Below, in pieces: positions 48,307 through 57,278 of a stretch of 64,000 nt of DNA. Source of the DNA: a virus; the UHGV virus genome UHGV-1351068; one strand, given 5' to 3'. A program made the position numbers and the translations under genes. Position 1 is the stretch's first letter. Every line of letters starts with the position of its first letter. The notes beneath the pieces were generated by a model. The model ran no database searches. It was given only the letters and a program-made list of their open reading frames with translations, and was not told the origin of the DNA.

Positions 48307-48774
48307 TTAGCATTTAGCCTCTTCATATTCTACCACCGTAATGTCAATATCAGGGGTTGCTAAATTAATAAGTTTCTCAATTAGTTCCCAATCACCGCCA
48401 GCAATACCAGCTCCAATTTTTGGAATGTATAGAGGACGATTATAAACAACACGACCAGAATTTAGCTCATGGAATGCGTTAAAGATTGCGCCATAATCAA
48501 CATTTGGACCTGGCGCATACTGAGTGTATAGATTATAGCAATACGCAGTGCCATTCTTGTGGATAGCTCGTGTATGAGTTCCAAGCTTGGCTAAATTGTT
48601 GTCATAATAACGGTCTTCATCGATGTCAATATCGAGAATTGGAGGATATGCTTTAGCAAGTTGTCCAGCTACACCAGCACCCATTGTAGTAAAGCAATTA
48701 CATCCATGAGCAATATCGCATTCATGCTTCATGAATAGTTCTACAATATTACCCTTGATATATCCAGTAATCAT
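48307..48774 (-). CDS. macro-domain protein (ADP-ribose binding/hydrolase)
   Basis: macro loops HGCNCFTTMGAGVAGQLAKAY and IPKIGAGIAGGDWELI; 155 aa. Confidence 0.55.
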   Translation of the reverse strand: MITGYIKGNIVELFMKHECDIAHGCNCFTTMGAGVAGQLAKAYPPILDIDIDEDRYYDNNLAKLGTHTRAIHKNGTAYCYNLYTQYAPGPNVDYGAIFNAFHELNSGRVVYNRPLYIPKIGAGIAGGDWELIEKLINLATPDIDITVVEYEEAKC

Positions 48775-48782
48775 TTATTCAC

Positions 48783-49175
48783 CTACGGAATTTTATAAGT
48801 TGCATATTCATTAAGATTATTGTATACTCTTAAAAATATAGCATTGTTACAGTTAAGGATAGGGTTTAACACGCCTTGTTCTTTAGGGTGCATTACTCCG
48901 TCAATAGAAACGCCGTCACTCTGCATTCCACATCCACGAGCGTTATATTCGACAAGTGGAACTATTACCTGGTCATCTTTATCTTGATAATTATAAAATG
49001 ACATTAGCAATTTTCTACTACTAGGCACAAATGCTATTTCAATATTGTTCTTGAATGGACCGTTGCTTTCTATTTTAGTCCCCTGTGCTGCAAGCACAGT
49101 TTCAGGATAGCCTGGGAGCTTTTCCCAGGCATTAACTGAAAATGCGCAGCATAATAAAATAGCCGCTTTTTTCAT
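48783..49175 (-). CDS. secreted/periplasmic protein (130 aa)
   Basis: signal peptide MKKAAILLCCAFSVNA. Confidence 0.5.
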   Translation of the reverse strand: MKKAAILLCCAFSVNAWEKLPGYPETVLAAQGTKIESNGPFKNNIEIAFVPSSRKLLMSFYNYQDKDDQVIVPLVEYNARGCGMQSDGVSIDGVMHPKEQGVLNPILNCNNAIFLRVYNNLNEYATYKIP

Positions 49176-49492
49176 TTTGACGATAGTCCTGACATATAAC
49201 GAGCCATTAATTGGTCACGATACATTAAACATATATTTTCGTTAGGAGCATTGACACATAAATCTTTCATGCTCTTAGCCTTACGATTTATTAGTGTTGT
49301 CCACTGAGCCGGGCTACGTGAATCTTTTACTCCATCGCTGAATGCTGAATCTAATTCAAGCGCTAATATATCAACACATTCAGAGTTCGTATTGCAAAAT
49401 GTTTTAGCGATACGAAGTGAATCTGTCATTGAATTTTCAGCATTAGCAGAGAATGCCAATACCAATCCAAGAAGCGCGGCGTACTTTACCAT
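49172..49492 (-). CDS. secreted/periplasmic Cys-containing protein (106 aa)
   Basis: signal peptide MVKYAALLGLVLAFSANA; 4 Cys. Confidence 0.5.
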   Translation of the reverse strand: MVKYAALLGLVLAFSANAENSMTDSLRIAKTFCNTNSECVDILALELDSAFSDGVKDSRSPAQWTTLINRKAKSMKDLCVNAPNENICLMYRDQLMARYMSGLSSK

Positions 49493-50037
49493 TATTCCAC
49501 CTTTGTATGTAGCATTTTATGTTTCTTTAAGAAATTAGCTTTCTCTAGGACATCTGATGCATAAGAGTTTCCTCTTTTGACATTCCATCCTGCGTTATAA
49601 CTAGCAAGAGCTTTTCGCATATTGCCGTTATGTATATTTAACCAATATGAAAGCTCAATATATGCCCATTCCGCGGAATTCTGTCTAGATTTAAGCATTT
49701 TTCTTATTTCAGAATCACTAAGGTTTTTGCCCTCTAATTTAGCTCTGGCTTTAACCGTAGGCAAGTAATTTTGAAATACCCCATAAGAATGATGCCCCTT
49801 TCCTGCTTTTAAATTGGCTCCTGCCGAAGATTCTTTCCATGATATAGCAGCCATTATATATCCTAAGCCGTTATTATCATATCGGTTATGCGGAGATTTT
49901 TCTTTTCCGGATTTTTGATATTGTTCACCAAAATTATATGCGTAATGCAAGTTGTCAAGTTGAACATTACTGAAAGTTGGCTCAGACCCAAAGGCCGTTG
50001 AACATAAGGCCATTAGACCGATAAGCGCTTTTTTCAT
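49492..50037 (-). CDS. periplasmic lytic transglycosylase (SLT-domain) candidate
   Basis: signal peptide; catalytic-type motif AISWKESS...GVFQ and downstream ASYNAG, typical of family-1 lytic transglycosylases. Confidence 0.5.
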   Translation of the reverse strand: MKKALIGLMALCSTAFGSEPTFSNVQLDNLHYAYNFGEQYQKSGKEKSPHNRYDNNGLGYIMAAISWKESSAGANLKAGKGHHSYGVFQNYLPTVKARAKLEGKNLSDSEIRKMLKSRQNSAEWAYIELSYWLNIHNGNMRKALASYNAGWNVKRGNSYASDVLEKANFLKKHKMLHTKVE

Positions 50038-50044
50038 GTTTACC

Positions 50045-50503
50045 TCAATTAATGTGTATAACTTTTGTGCTGATTTTACCTTTCAAACGTTTATCATTAA
50101 CGAATGCCATACGACACTTTATACTAGGTCCTTTTCCTGGTCTTGGAATATCCATGGTAAACCCTAGCCACAGATTTCCATCCGTAATTTCTAACCGCAT
50201 TGGCTTATACTCAATGTTTTCATCAATGTCCTTTGGGTCAATTGGAAGCCAAGGCATTGCTAAGAATTCATTAATTTCTTTAAGATGATTAGGAATTTTG
50301 GAAAGAACAGAGAATACATACTCTTCATCAATTTCACGTTGGATAGCACGGTCCAACAAATGATCAGAGTACTTAGTGAAGAAAGGCTCTTTACCCTCGG
50401 CTTTCGCCCGGGCACGAACAGATAAATTCAAAGAGCGAAATGCTTCCTCAAACTTACGACGCAGTTTAGTTCTGCGAATGAATACTTCTGGGTTAGTTGA
50501 CAT
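50045..50503 (-). CDS. regB: endoribonuclease RegB
   Basis: 152 aa; EVFIRR.KLRR.FE..FR...HLLDRAIQREIDE.YVF...LEITDGNLWLGFT parallels T4 RegB; early promoter 50529-50560. Confidence 0.9.
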   Translation of the reverse strand: MSTNPEVFIRRTKLRRKFEEAFRSLNLSVRARAKAEGKEPFFTKYSDHLLDRAIQREIDEEYVFSVLSKIPNHLKEINEFLAMPWLPIDPKDIDENIEYKPMRLEITDGNLWLGFTMDIPRPGKGPSIKCRMAFVNDKRLKGKISTKVIHIN

Positions 50504-50528
50504 AGTTCATTCTCCTTTGTTTATAGGG

Positions 50529-50560
50529 CCATAGTATCATGGCCCGCAAGGAAAGTAAAC
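50529..50560 (-). promoter_or_regulatory. early promoter (family), regB
   Basis: AAAAAGTAGTTTAC -N18- TACTATGG. Confidence 0.55.
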
Positions 50561-50566
50561 TACTTT

Positions 50567-50848
50567 TTAATATTTTTCTTCTGGTTGAAACACTGAACGA
50601 CACGCCCACATTGAGGCTTCCTTCAGGTGCTGAATAGCATTGCGAATTTGAGTAATACGCTCATGTGCTAAATCAAATTCTTTGTCGCTCATTGTGCTAA
50701 CATCTAAATTCATGTATTTTTCAACATGCTCTTCTTCTAATGCTTTAAAAATTAATCCAAGACGAATTTCCGCGTCTTTGATAGCATTTACTTTACCAAT
50801 CTTTTCATCGGTATGTGGCTTATATCCTTTGATATCTTCAATTGCCAT
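50567..50848 (-). CDS. hypothetical protein (93 aa)
   Basis: ORF. Confidence 0.45.
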   Translation of the reverse strand: MAIEDIKGYKPHTDEKIGKVNAIKDAEIRLGLIFKALEEEHVEKYMNLDVSTMSDKEFDLAHERITQIRNAIQHLKEASMWACRSVFQPEEKY

Positions 50849-51210
50849 TATAGTGCCTCTGTGAAAGTACGAGCGATAACGTCGCGCTGCTGTTCTGGTG
50901 TCAGGGAGTTAAAGCGTACCGCGTAGCCAGAGACACGAATCGTCAGCTGCGGGTATTTTTCCGGATGTTCAACCGCATCCAGCAGCGTTTCACGACGCAG
51001 CACGTTAACGTTCAGGTGCTGACCGCCTTCAATTTTTACCGTTGGCTGGTATTCAATTTCTACTTCACGAGCCTTGTAGCCATAAAAAGTTTCAGCATCC
51101 GTAATAGTATCTTCTTTAAGAACTTTTGAAACGATTATTCGTGCGTCATCACCATCTTCAATGTAAATAGTGCCTTTAAGTTCACCTTCAAGAATTTGAT
51201 ATGCTTTCAT
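50848..51210 (-). CDS. grcA: GrcA/YfiD-like autonomous glycyl radical cofactor
   Basis: 120 aa; C-terminal 60 aa nearly identical to E. coli GrcA ([56 protein letters not shown]) incl. glycyl radical motif RVSGY; locally GC-rich. Confidence 0.85.
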   Translation of the reverse strand: MKAYQILEGELKGTIYIEDGDDARIIVSKVLKEDTITDAETFYGYKAREVEIEYQPTVKIEGGQHLNVNVLRRETLLDAVEHPEKYPQLTIRVSGYAVRFNSLTPEQQRDVIARTFTEAL

Positions 51211-51218
51211 ATTTCCTC

Positions 51219-51563
51219 TTAATTAGATTCTTTATTCCAACCACGCATGTATGCGGTAATTACACTCATTTTATTCCATTCGTCTGAATGAAACTTTGCA
51301 GCTGCTTCTAGATAAGTTATTTTATCTTCATGATAAGTAACTTCTTCATCAGTTTCTTTATCGTATTCCACAATTTCAATAGGCTCGTTAACTCCATATC
51401 CGCGAGTGCCTATATACGTTGTAGCTTCTTCCCACTGTTTGGTTGTTTCATTCCAAGTTCCATTCTGATGGGCTTCATAGAAATACTGCTCGCCAGAATT
51501 ACTGAACCAAGCACAGAAGCTCTCGACTAGGTGTGGAGGACACCTTATAACAATTTCAGCCAT
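51219..51563 (-). CDS. hypothetical protein (114 aa)
   Basis: ORF. Confidence 0.45.
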   Translation of the reverse strand: MAEIVIRCPPHLVESFCAWFSNSGEQYFYEAHQNGTWNETTKQWEEATTYIGTRGYGVNEPIEIVEYDKETDEEVTYHEDKITYLEAAAKFHSDEWNKMSVITAYMRGWNKESN

Positions 51564-51856
51564 TGCATTGTTTTCTCTTGAATGCGTTGGTCATATGTGA
51601 TTAAACTTGAACTAATCACGCCTTTGAGCTTACCGGATATAAACTCAATTCTAAAATTAGGATAGCGATTCATCCACTTCGTGTTGGGAGCATTAGAAAT
51701 GAATTCTGCGCCTTTGAACGGGCCAGACAGAAACTTGTAGCGCTTGTACTCAAGCAGGTTGCCAGCAGTAACCATTGTTATTAATTGCTTCATATCGGCA
51801 AATCCTGTATTTTCCATTACTGTAATCATATCAACAATTTCTGTCTGTGTCATCAT
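51545..51856 (-). CDS. hypothetical protein (103 aa)
   Basis: ORF. Confidence 0.45.
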   Translation of the reverse strand: MMTQTEIVDMITVMENTGFADMKQLITMVTAGNLLEYKRYKFLSGPFKGAEFISNAPNTKWMNRYPNFRIEFISGKLKGVISSSLITYDQRIQEKTMQWLKLL

Positions 51857-52386
51857 TGCATTCCTATCACGAAAAATAAAGGTAAGGTATCATTAGGCAT
51901 AGACCATCTGATAGCTTCCTGGTACATATCATAGAACTTCATCATATCGGGAACTTTCATTGGTTCTTCAATGATAATTAATGCTCTTCCAAACTTTCTT
52001 CCCCTAAACTTGTAAGAGGAATCATTGGATAGAAATTCCCTGATTGTCATCGGAACAATTGATTTAGCTATATCGTTAGCTGGTAATTTATTAATTATGT
52101 GTGATGAATTGTATTCTCGTAGAATACCTTCCATCAATTCAGATGATTGTGTGTATCGAGTAGATAAGATTATAACCGAACCATCTTCAAGCAACCAATC
52201 GGTAGCGAATTGACATAAGGCTGCAGTCTTTCCGGTTTGTCTTCCACCGTCTAGACGAAGGGTACCGTACTCTCGCATAAGGCAAGACGGTTCATAAAAG
52301 CTATAGTTGGGATTATTCAATCGTCTGTCTGCAGCGTCTCTGAAAGCATGCATCAGGGTCAAATAAATGGGAGTTAAGTATTTCAT
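51853..52386 (-). CDS. P-loop NTPase-like protein (177 aa)
   Basis: Walker A-like GGRQTGKTAA; hydrophobic strand plus acidic residues LIIIEEP as Walker B candidate. Confidence 0.45.
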   Translation of the reverse strand: MKYLTPIYLTLMHAFRDAADRRLNNPNYSFYEPSCLMREYGTLRLDGGRQTGKTAALCQFATDWLLEDGSVIILSTRYTQSSELMEGILREYNSSHIINKLPANDIAKSIVPMTIREFLSNDSSYKFRGRKFGRALIIIEEPMKVPDMMKFYDMYQEAIRWSMPNDTLPLFFVIGMQ

Positions 52387-52557
52387 TTTAAATTCCTAAA
52401 AGGGGCCATTCCTTGGCGCATGTTTAATCCATCGACACACTATGTAAACCCCTTACCGCACTTGGGCTCGACCTTATTACAGGTAGGGAAAGCTACTTCA
52501 CTCAGAGGACTCGACGTTCATGAGGAGAGGTCGTGTTCAGCTTTATTAGGAAATTAC

Positions 52558-53037
52558 TTACTTAATTGATTTAGCGTAACGAATAGCGCCGCGATCGTTT
52601 ACGAACGCAATCTTACCATTACGCATGTACATGGTAACAGTACGCTGATAACCATTAGAGGTTTTACCAGACTGATAACCTACTAATGCAAAGTTATCTT
52701 CACCAGGTTTATTCTGCTTAGACTTAATACGCTCATGACCATGCGCCATTAAGGTGCGTGCATCACCAGATGCTACTGCCTTGCGAGAAGATTCATCTTC
52801 AACCGAAGAGACAAAATCATCGAATGAATCAAACTTAGCATGGCTCTTATTATATAACTTGCCGTCTACTACGTAGTTATATCCAACAACGTCCATTTCA
52901 ATTTCTGTGCCATCTTCTAGCGTGGCGGTCATCTTCTGACCTTTTTTAAATTTCAGAAGATTACTTCCAACAGATTCAGTCATTACGCCAACTGTTGCTA
53001 AACGGGATTCATTTAAAAATTCTTGATAGGTTTTCAT
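52558..53037 (-). CDS. internal (head-packaged) protein with capsid targeting sequence
   Basis: N-terminus MKTYQEFLNESRL matches T4 IP CTS consensus MKTYQEFIAE with L-x-E prohead protease site; 159 aa; upstream of e as T4 ipII/ipIII. Confidence 0.7.
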   Translation of the reverse strand: MKTYQEFLNESRLATVGVMTESVGSNLLKFKKGQKMTATLEDGTEIEMDVVGYNYVVDGKLYNKSHAKFDSFDDFVSSVEDESSRKAVASGDARTLMAHGHERIKSKQNKPGEDNFALVGYQSGKTSNGYQRTVTMYMRNGKIAFVNDRGAIRYAKSIK

Positions 53038-53532
53038 TTATTTTCCTTGATAAGCAGACCAAGTTCCGGTCCGCATTGTTTCAATTACACGACGAGCACG
53101 ATTAGGTGTCTGACGATACCAACGTGAATTTGCAAGTTCCTTGGCAGCAGCTTCCCACTTTTTAGCGAGTAATAACCTCATTGAAGCTGGGAACCCGGCT
53201 ACACCAGATACACCCATTTGGAATACCATGTTAATCAGAGCAGCTCTACGAACATCATCTAATACATTATATACCGGGTTTAATGTAGCATTAGCAACAA
53301 TACCTTTAATTGCCTTCTCAACATCTTTGGCAAAAATTACTTCTGCCTCAGCCTGAGTAATTTGTCCACCGGTAGAACGACCTACTAGCTTGTCCAGGTT
53401 AGAAATAGCCAAAGATTTTGACGGGTCTTTAGTCAGTAAGTGGCCAATACCAATGGTCCAATACCCTTCGGTATCTTTATAAATTTTGCTGTCATATCCT
53501 TCATCGATACGCAACATGCCAAAAATATCCAT
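53038..53532 (-). CDS. e: lysozyme (endolysin) e
   Basis: 164 aa identical length to T4 lysozyme; [22 protein letters not shown] ... RWY.QTPNRA.RVI.T.RTGTW. Confidence 0.97.
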   Translation of the reverse strand: MDIFGMLRIDEGYDSKIYKDTEGYWTIGIGHLLTKDPSKSLAISNLDKLVGRSTGGQITQAEAEVIFAKDVEKAIKGIVANATLNPVYNVLDDVRRAALINMVFQMGVSGVAGFPASMRLLLAKKWEAAAKELANSRWYRQTPNRARRVIETMRTGTWSAYQGK

Positions 53533-53561
53533 AAGGACCTCCTATTAAATTATAGGAGTAT

Positions 53562-53870
53562 TTATTTGGCCCTACACTTGGCTATAAACATGTCAATGCT
53601 GCAATTTTCATACGGCGTCCATTTATCTTTCCACCATACATAATCTCTTTTATCGTCCTCGGGCAATTCACTAAATCCCGGATATAGCTGTTCTGCCATA
53701 TAATATGCTGATTTTGTATACTCGCCGTCACCGAAGACGTATCGTGATTTCATTAGTATACGCGACATTTTATCCCTAGGATGAAATATGCTAACCCATT
53801 TTCCATCGTGAATAAATCGTAGCTCATGCTTATAAATGTGTGGAATGCATAATTCAACGGCTTCTTCCAT
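53562..53870 (-). CDS. hypothetical protein (102 aa)
   Basis: ORF. Confidence 0.45.
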   Translation of the reverse strand: MEEAVELCIPHIYKHELRFIHDGKWVSIFHPRDKMSRILMKSRYVFGDGEYTKSAYYMAEQLYPGFSELPEDDKRDYVWWKDKWTPYENCSIDMFIAKCRAK

Positions 53871-53877
53871 AATAACC

Positions 53878-54330
53878 TCACTGAGCTGTGCTATACATTT
53901 GTGTCATGATTTTGTATAAACTCGGTCCCATCACATATTTCCATTGAGAAGGTTTAATTAAAGCAAATGCATCGATTTCCGGGAAAGAAATTCCATTTTC
54001 ATCTTTATGGTAAGCTGTGCAACGGCAATTCTTAAACACTTCTGGGCTCACAGGGAGCATATATCCAAACAAATGGATATCCTTATTGCTGGCATAATCA
54101 TGTCGTCCGAGGTCATATAAGAGATCCTGGTCAAACCCAATAAACCCTGTTTCTTCCTGGCACTCACGAATAGCAGCTTCTTTTGGTGTTTCACCAGGCT
54201 CAACATGTCCTTTCGGAATATCCCATCTAGAGCCTCTACCCTGGACATAGGTATTTGTCATACGACCCATGAAAAGCCGTTTGTCATCGGTAAAGAATAA
54301 GATTCCTGCGCTGAGCTCTTTCATTGGCAT
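53878..54330 (-). CDS. nudE: Nudix hydrolase NudE
   Basis: 150 aa; Nudix box GHVEPGETPKEAAIRECQEETG; T4 nudE (e.1) position. Confidence 0.85.
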   Translation of the reverse strand: MPMKELSAGILFFTDDKRLFMGRMTNTYVQGRGSRWDIPKGHVEPGETPKEAAIRECQEETGFIGFDQDLLYDLGRHDYASNKDIHLFGYMLPVSPEVFKNCRCTAYHKDENGISFPEIDAFALIKPSQWKYVMGPSLYKIMTQMYSTAQ

Positions 54331-54557
54331 TCATTCCAACTTTCTTCAAGAATATCTTCCATGGCAGTATAGACCATAGACTCTAGTACACCATCACAAT
54401 TATATGAACCCTCTACCGAGAAATCACAGATAGGTCCATTAATACCAAGCAGTTCTTCTTTAAGTGAAATCTCGATACCGCTCAGCGATTCATTATCACT
54501 GTAACACAGAAGGCGAGTATCACCATTTTCAAATTTTACATGCACTGCAACAGCCAT
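54321..54557 (-). CDS. hypothetical protein (78 aa)
   Basis: ORF. Confidence 0.4.
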   Translation of the reverse strand: MAVAVHVKFENGDTRLLCYSDNESLSGIEISLKEELLGINGPICDFSVEGSYNCDGVLESMVYTAMEDILEESWNECQ

Positions 54558-54883
54558 TATTTCATCTCCTTAATCCAGGATAAAGTTTCATTACGAGAAT
54601 CATCTTTAGATTTTTCTTTCTTTACTTTGGGCTTATCAAATACACCCCGCTGTCGTTGGGAAACGAATTGCAACCAACGAGCAAGCATTGCAAACCAAGT
54701 TCCAACACCTGACATCCAACCTAAATAGAACAAAGTATCTCCAAAGATTGGTGAAAAGAAGTAAAAACCCCAAAAAGTCCCAAATCCAACAAAAGCTGAA
54801 AATGAAAACCAGATAAGCAAAAATAGGAAAAAATACCCAGGCTCATCGTCTTTAATCATTCCACGGTAACAAGTTTTAATCAT
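54557..54883 (-). CDS. membrane protein (108 aa)
   Basis: three hydrophobic helices. Confidence 0.5.
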   Translation of the reverse strand: MIKTCYRGMIKDDEPGYFFLFLLIWFSFSAFVGFGTFWGFYFFSPIFGDTLFYLGWMSGVGTWFAMLARWLQFVSQRQRGVFDKPKVKKEKSKDDSRNETLSWIKEMK

Positions 54884-55176
54884 TTTCTGCAGCTCCTAAT
54901 CCAGGTGTTGAAATCTTCTTTTTCTTTCCACTTCTTGTATTTCATGCGGTAAGCTAAAAATGTGCAGCAATTAATCAACGCGATAATTAGCATCCATGAA
55001 AAACTAAATATGAAAACACCTAAAAATAAAAGCATAATCATAAATTCTGAGACGTTCAATCCAAAGAATGTCCCTCCAACAATTACAAAAGCACAATATA
55101 AAATCCATGTCACGATTCCAAAAGCTGGCGCAAGTCCATCTTGGTTCCAAAACCCGTCAGGTTTACATTCATTCAT
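54880..55176 (-). CDS. membrane protein (98 aa)
   Basis: 2-3 hydrophobic helices. Confidence 0.5.
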   Translation of the reverse strand: MNECKPDGFWNQDGLAPAFGIVTWILYCAFVIVGGTFFGLNVSEFMIMLLFLGVFIFSFSWMLIIALINCCTFLAYRMKYKKWKEKEDFNTWIRSCRK

Positions 55177-55532
55177 TTTCTTCTCACCTCTTTAATAAAC
55201 TCAAACGACTTTTTGCGATTCCATTCAAGAGTTAAATTCTTGCACTGTTCTTTCCATTCAGCTTTACGCTTATAATTATTGCGAGACCATTTAACCCATC
55301 GGGAACATTCAATTAACCCCATGATGAGCAAACTAGTTCCCCACCATGCAAGCAGAATTCCGAATAACACTGCCGGTGTAATATCAGTTAAATGCATGAT
55401 ATCAATCGCGGCAAAGGTACACATTGCGCCGACAGTTGCACCAATACCAGGAACAAGGGCATAATCAATCTGATCAAATTTATAGACATAATTATAAACG
55501 GGAGGTTCACTTGGCAGATATAAGTTACTCAT
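55173..55532 (-). CDS. membrane protein (119 aa)
   Basis: two hydrophobic helices, basic C-tail. Confidence 0.5.
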   Translation of the reverse strand: MSNLYLPSEPPVYNYVYKFDQIDYALVPGIGATVGAMCTFAAIDIMHLTDITPAVLFGILLAWWGTSLLIMGLIECSRWVKWSRNNYKRKAEWKEQCKNLTLEWNRKKSFEFIKEVRRK

Positions 55533-56131
55533 TTCTGCACCCTCTCACGGCAGTATTTGATAAATTCATCAATGATTAATTGTTTGCCTACCAAATTATT
55601 AGAGTCAAACATACCCATGACTTTTGGTGGTAATTCATTAACGCAGTAATTTAAATAATTGCTATAATCATCCTGAGATGTCACGTATTTAACCAGATTA
55701 ATACCGAGACGATAACTAGTTTTATTATAGATAATCTCGATAACTACTGTATATGTTGTGGAGCTAGAAGTAAAATATCCATCGGCATTAGTACGAGCTG
55801 ATGTTAGATTTGATGGAGAATCGTTGAAAGAATAAATTCCGTACCGAAGTGCAAAGATATCTACAAGCTTAACTCCGTCGGAAATAGACGAAATATTAGA
55901 AATTAAGTTTTTCAGCTTGGAATAGTCTTTAAGAACGATAGCCCGCGGTAAAACTGTGGTGTTATACCCGTTATAGCGAGTTTTCCAATTTTCAGGCCGA
56001 GTATCAGGATAAGCAAATTTTCCAAGAATATCAGTGATTTCTGTTGGGAATCCTGCTGCAATTAATTCTTTAATTTGAGGTGTTGCCATTGGAATATCTC
56101 CAGCGCATTCATATAACATTTTATTATCCAA
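55529..56131 (-). CDS. hypothetical protein (200 aa)
   Basis: ORF. Confidence 0.5.
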   Translation of the reverse strand: MDNKMLYECAGDIPMATPQIKELIAAGFPTEITDILGKFAYPDTRPENWKTRYNGYNTTVLPRAIVLKDYSKLKNLISNISSISDGVKLVDIFALRYGIYSFNDSPSNLTSARTNADGYFTSSSTTYTVVIEIIYNKTSYRLGINLVKYVTSQDDYSNYLNYCVNELPPKVMGMFDSNNLVGKQLIIDEFIKYCRERVQK

Positions 56132-56135
56132 GTTA

Positions 56136-56152
56136 GGGGGCCCGAAGGCCCC
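56136..56152 (-). terminator. UUCG hairpin after PspA-like gene
   Basis: GGGGCC-TTCG-GGCCCCC. Confidence 0.5.
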
Positions 56153-56159
56153 GGTAAAA

Positions 56160-56753
56160 TTACTTCAGACTTTCCAGATATTCCTGGACATCAGCAGTGG
56201 TGGTTTCAATACCCGGCTGAGTACCGCTAAAGGTTTCAACTTTCATCATGATGTCTTGTACATCTACTTTAGCGAGTTCTGCGATTTCAATCACGTCGTC
56301 AGCAGAGGTAATACCCAGAGCAGAAGCATTACGGGTCTCACGGATGTATTCGAGTTTCACTGCCAAATCAAGACGTTGGTCATCAAGCTTAACTACGGTT
56401 TCTTCAATTTGGGCCCGCATTTCTTTATATTCGGCTGCTTTATCACGTAAAGCTTTAGCAGTACGACGATACAGAAGACCCAATTTAGCGTGGGTTTCTA
56501 CATTCATACCTTCTGCCATCAAGCGACGAATTTCACGCTCTTTAGAAGCACCCGCTTGGTCTTTTTCATCAGCAAGTTTCAACAGACGCTTTTCTTCATT
56601 TACCGATTTAACATGCGTGGTACGTAGTTTAGTGATTTCATCAATAATACGATTTGCCGCAGTGGTATACTGGTCTTCAACAGAAGTGTTCTGTGCAACA
56701 AAGGTACCGAATTTAGAACGGATGAATTCAACGAGCTTTTTTAGAATAGACAT
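56160..56753 (-). CDS. PspA/IM30-family-like coiled-coil protein
   Basis: start at [15 protein letters not shown] (PspA-like N-terminal amphipathic helix), long heptad-rich helices, ~198 aa; UUCG hairpin terminator downstream. Confidence 0.4.
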   Translation of the reverse strand: MSILKKLVEFIRSKFGTFVAQNTSVEDQYTTAANRIIDEITKLRTTHVKSVNEEKRLLKLADEKDQAGASKEREIRRLMAEGMNVETHAKLGLLYRRTAKALRDKAAEYKEMRAQIEETVVKLDDQRLDLAVKLEYIRETRNASALGITSADDVIEIAELAKVDVQDIMMKVETFSGTQPGIETTTADVQEYLESLK

Positions 56754-56782
56754 TTTATTTCCTTTCAATAGTTAATGGTGTT

Positions 56783-57112
56783 TTATTCGTACGGATTAAT
56801 CCAATCATACGTGTATGGTTTAATGATTAGACCTTGTTCGTTTTTACTGCGTTCAAATACCTCGATGTAATCAGTAACGTATGATTCTAGCCCGAGAATG
56901 AGTACAGTCTCTTTTCCTTCTTCTACTGTTGCCTTAATTAAGCGCTCGATAGCTATTTTAGCCTCAAGACGAATATCAGCAAGAGTTTTTGGAACTTCAT
57001 TTGTAAGCATTAATGAGTTCTTCCATTTTATCCAAAACTGCGATATCAACAATACGATTAACTGCCGGATCGTCAGCAAATTCAGTGTAGGTTGAAATAA
57101 CCAGGTTCTCAA
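56783..57112 (-). CDS. hypothetical protein (109 aa)
   Basis: ORF; overlapping alternative ORF 56997-57260 (87 aa) is in another frame; one of the two is spurious. Confidence 0.35.
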   Translation of the reverse strand: MRTWLFQPTLNLLTIRQLIVLLISQFWIKWKNSLMLTNEVPKTLADIRLEAKIAIERLIKATVEEGKETVLILGLESYVTDYIEVFERSKNEQGLIIKPYTYDWINPYE

Positions 57113-57278
57113 TAGTTTTCAGTGCAGCCATTCGTTCTTCTCCAGACGGAAAGTTTGGTGTTTCACCAAACAGTCTAGCAAAAGATTTAAAATAAGTTTG
57201 CGCTACTAATCTCAACTTATCTTGATACATACTAATTTCCTCAGTAGGTGGGGAGTTCATTATAACTCCCCAAAATTA

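Noticed and set aside
53521-53560. Late-promoter-like AATAAATA upstream of lysozyme e
   Set aside because: It is one mismatch from the strict TATAAATA consensus and overlaps the upstream gene end. Not called.
56997-57260. 87-aa ORF overlapping ORF 56783-57112 in a different frame
   Set aside because: The two overlap by 116 nt. Neither can be chosen confidently from sequence alone, so only one is listed with low confidence.
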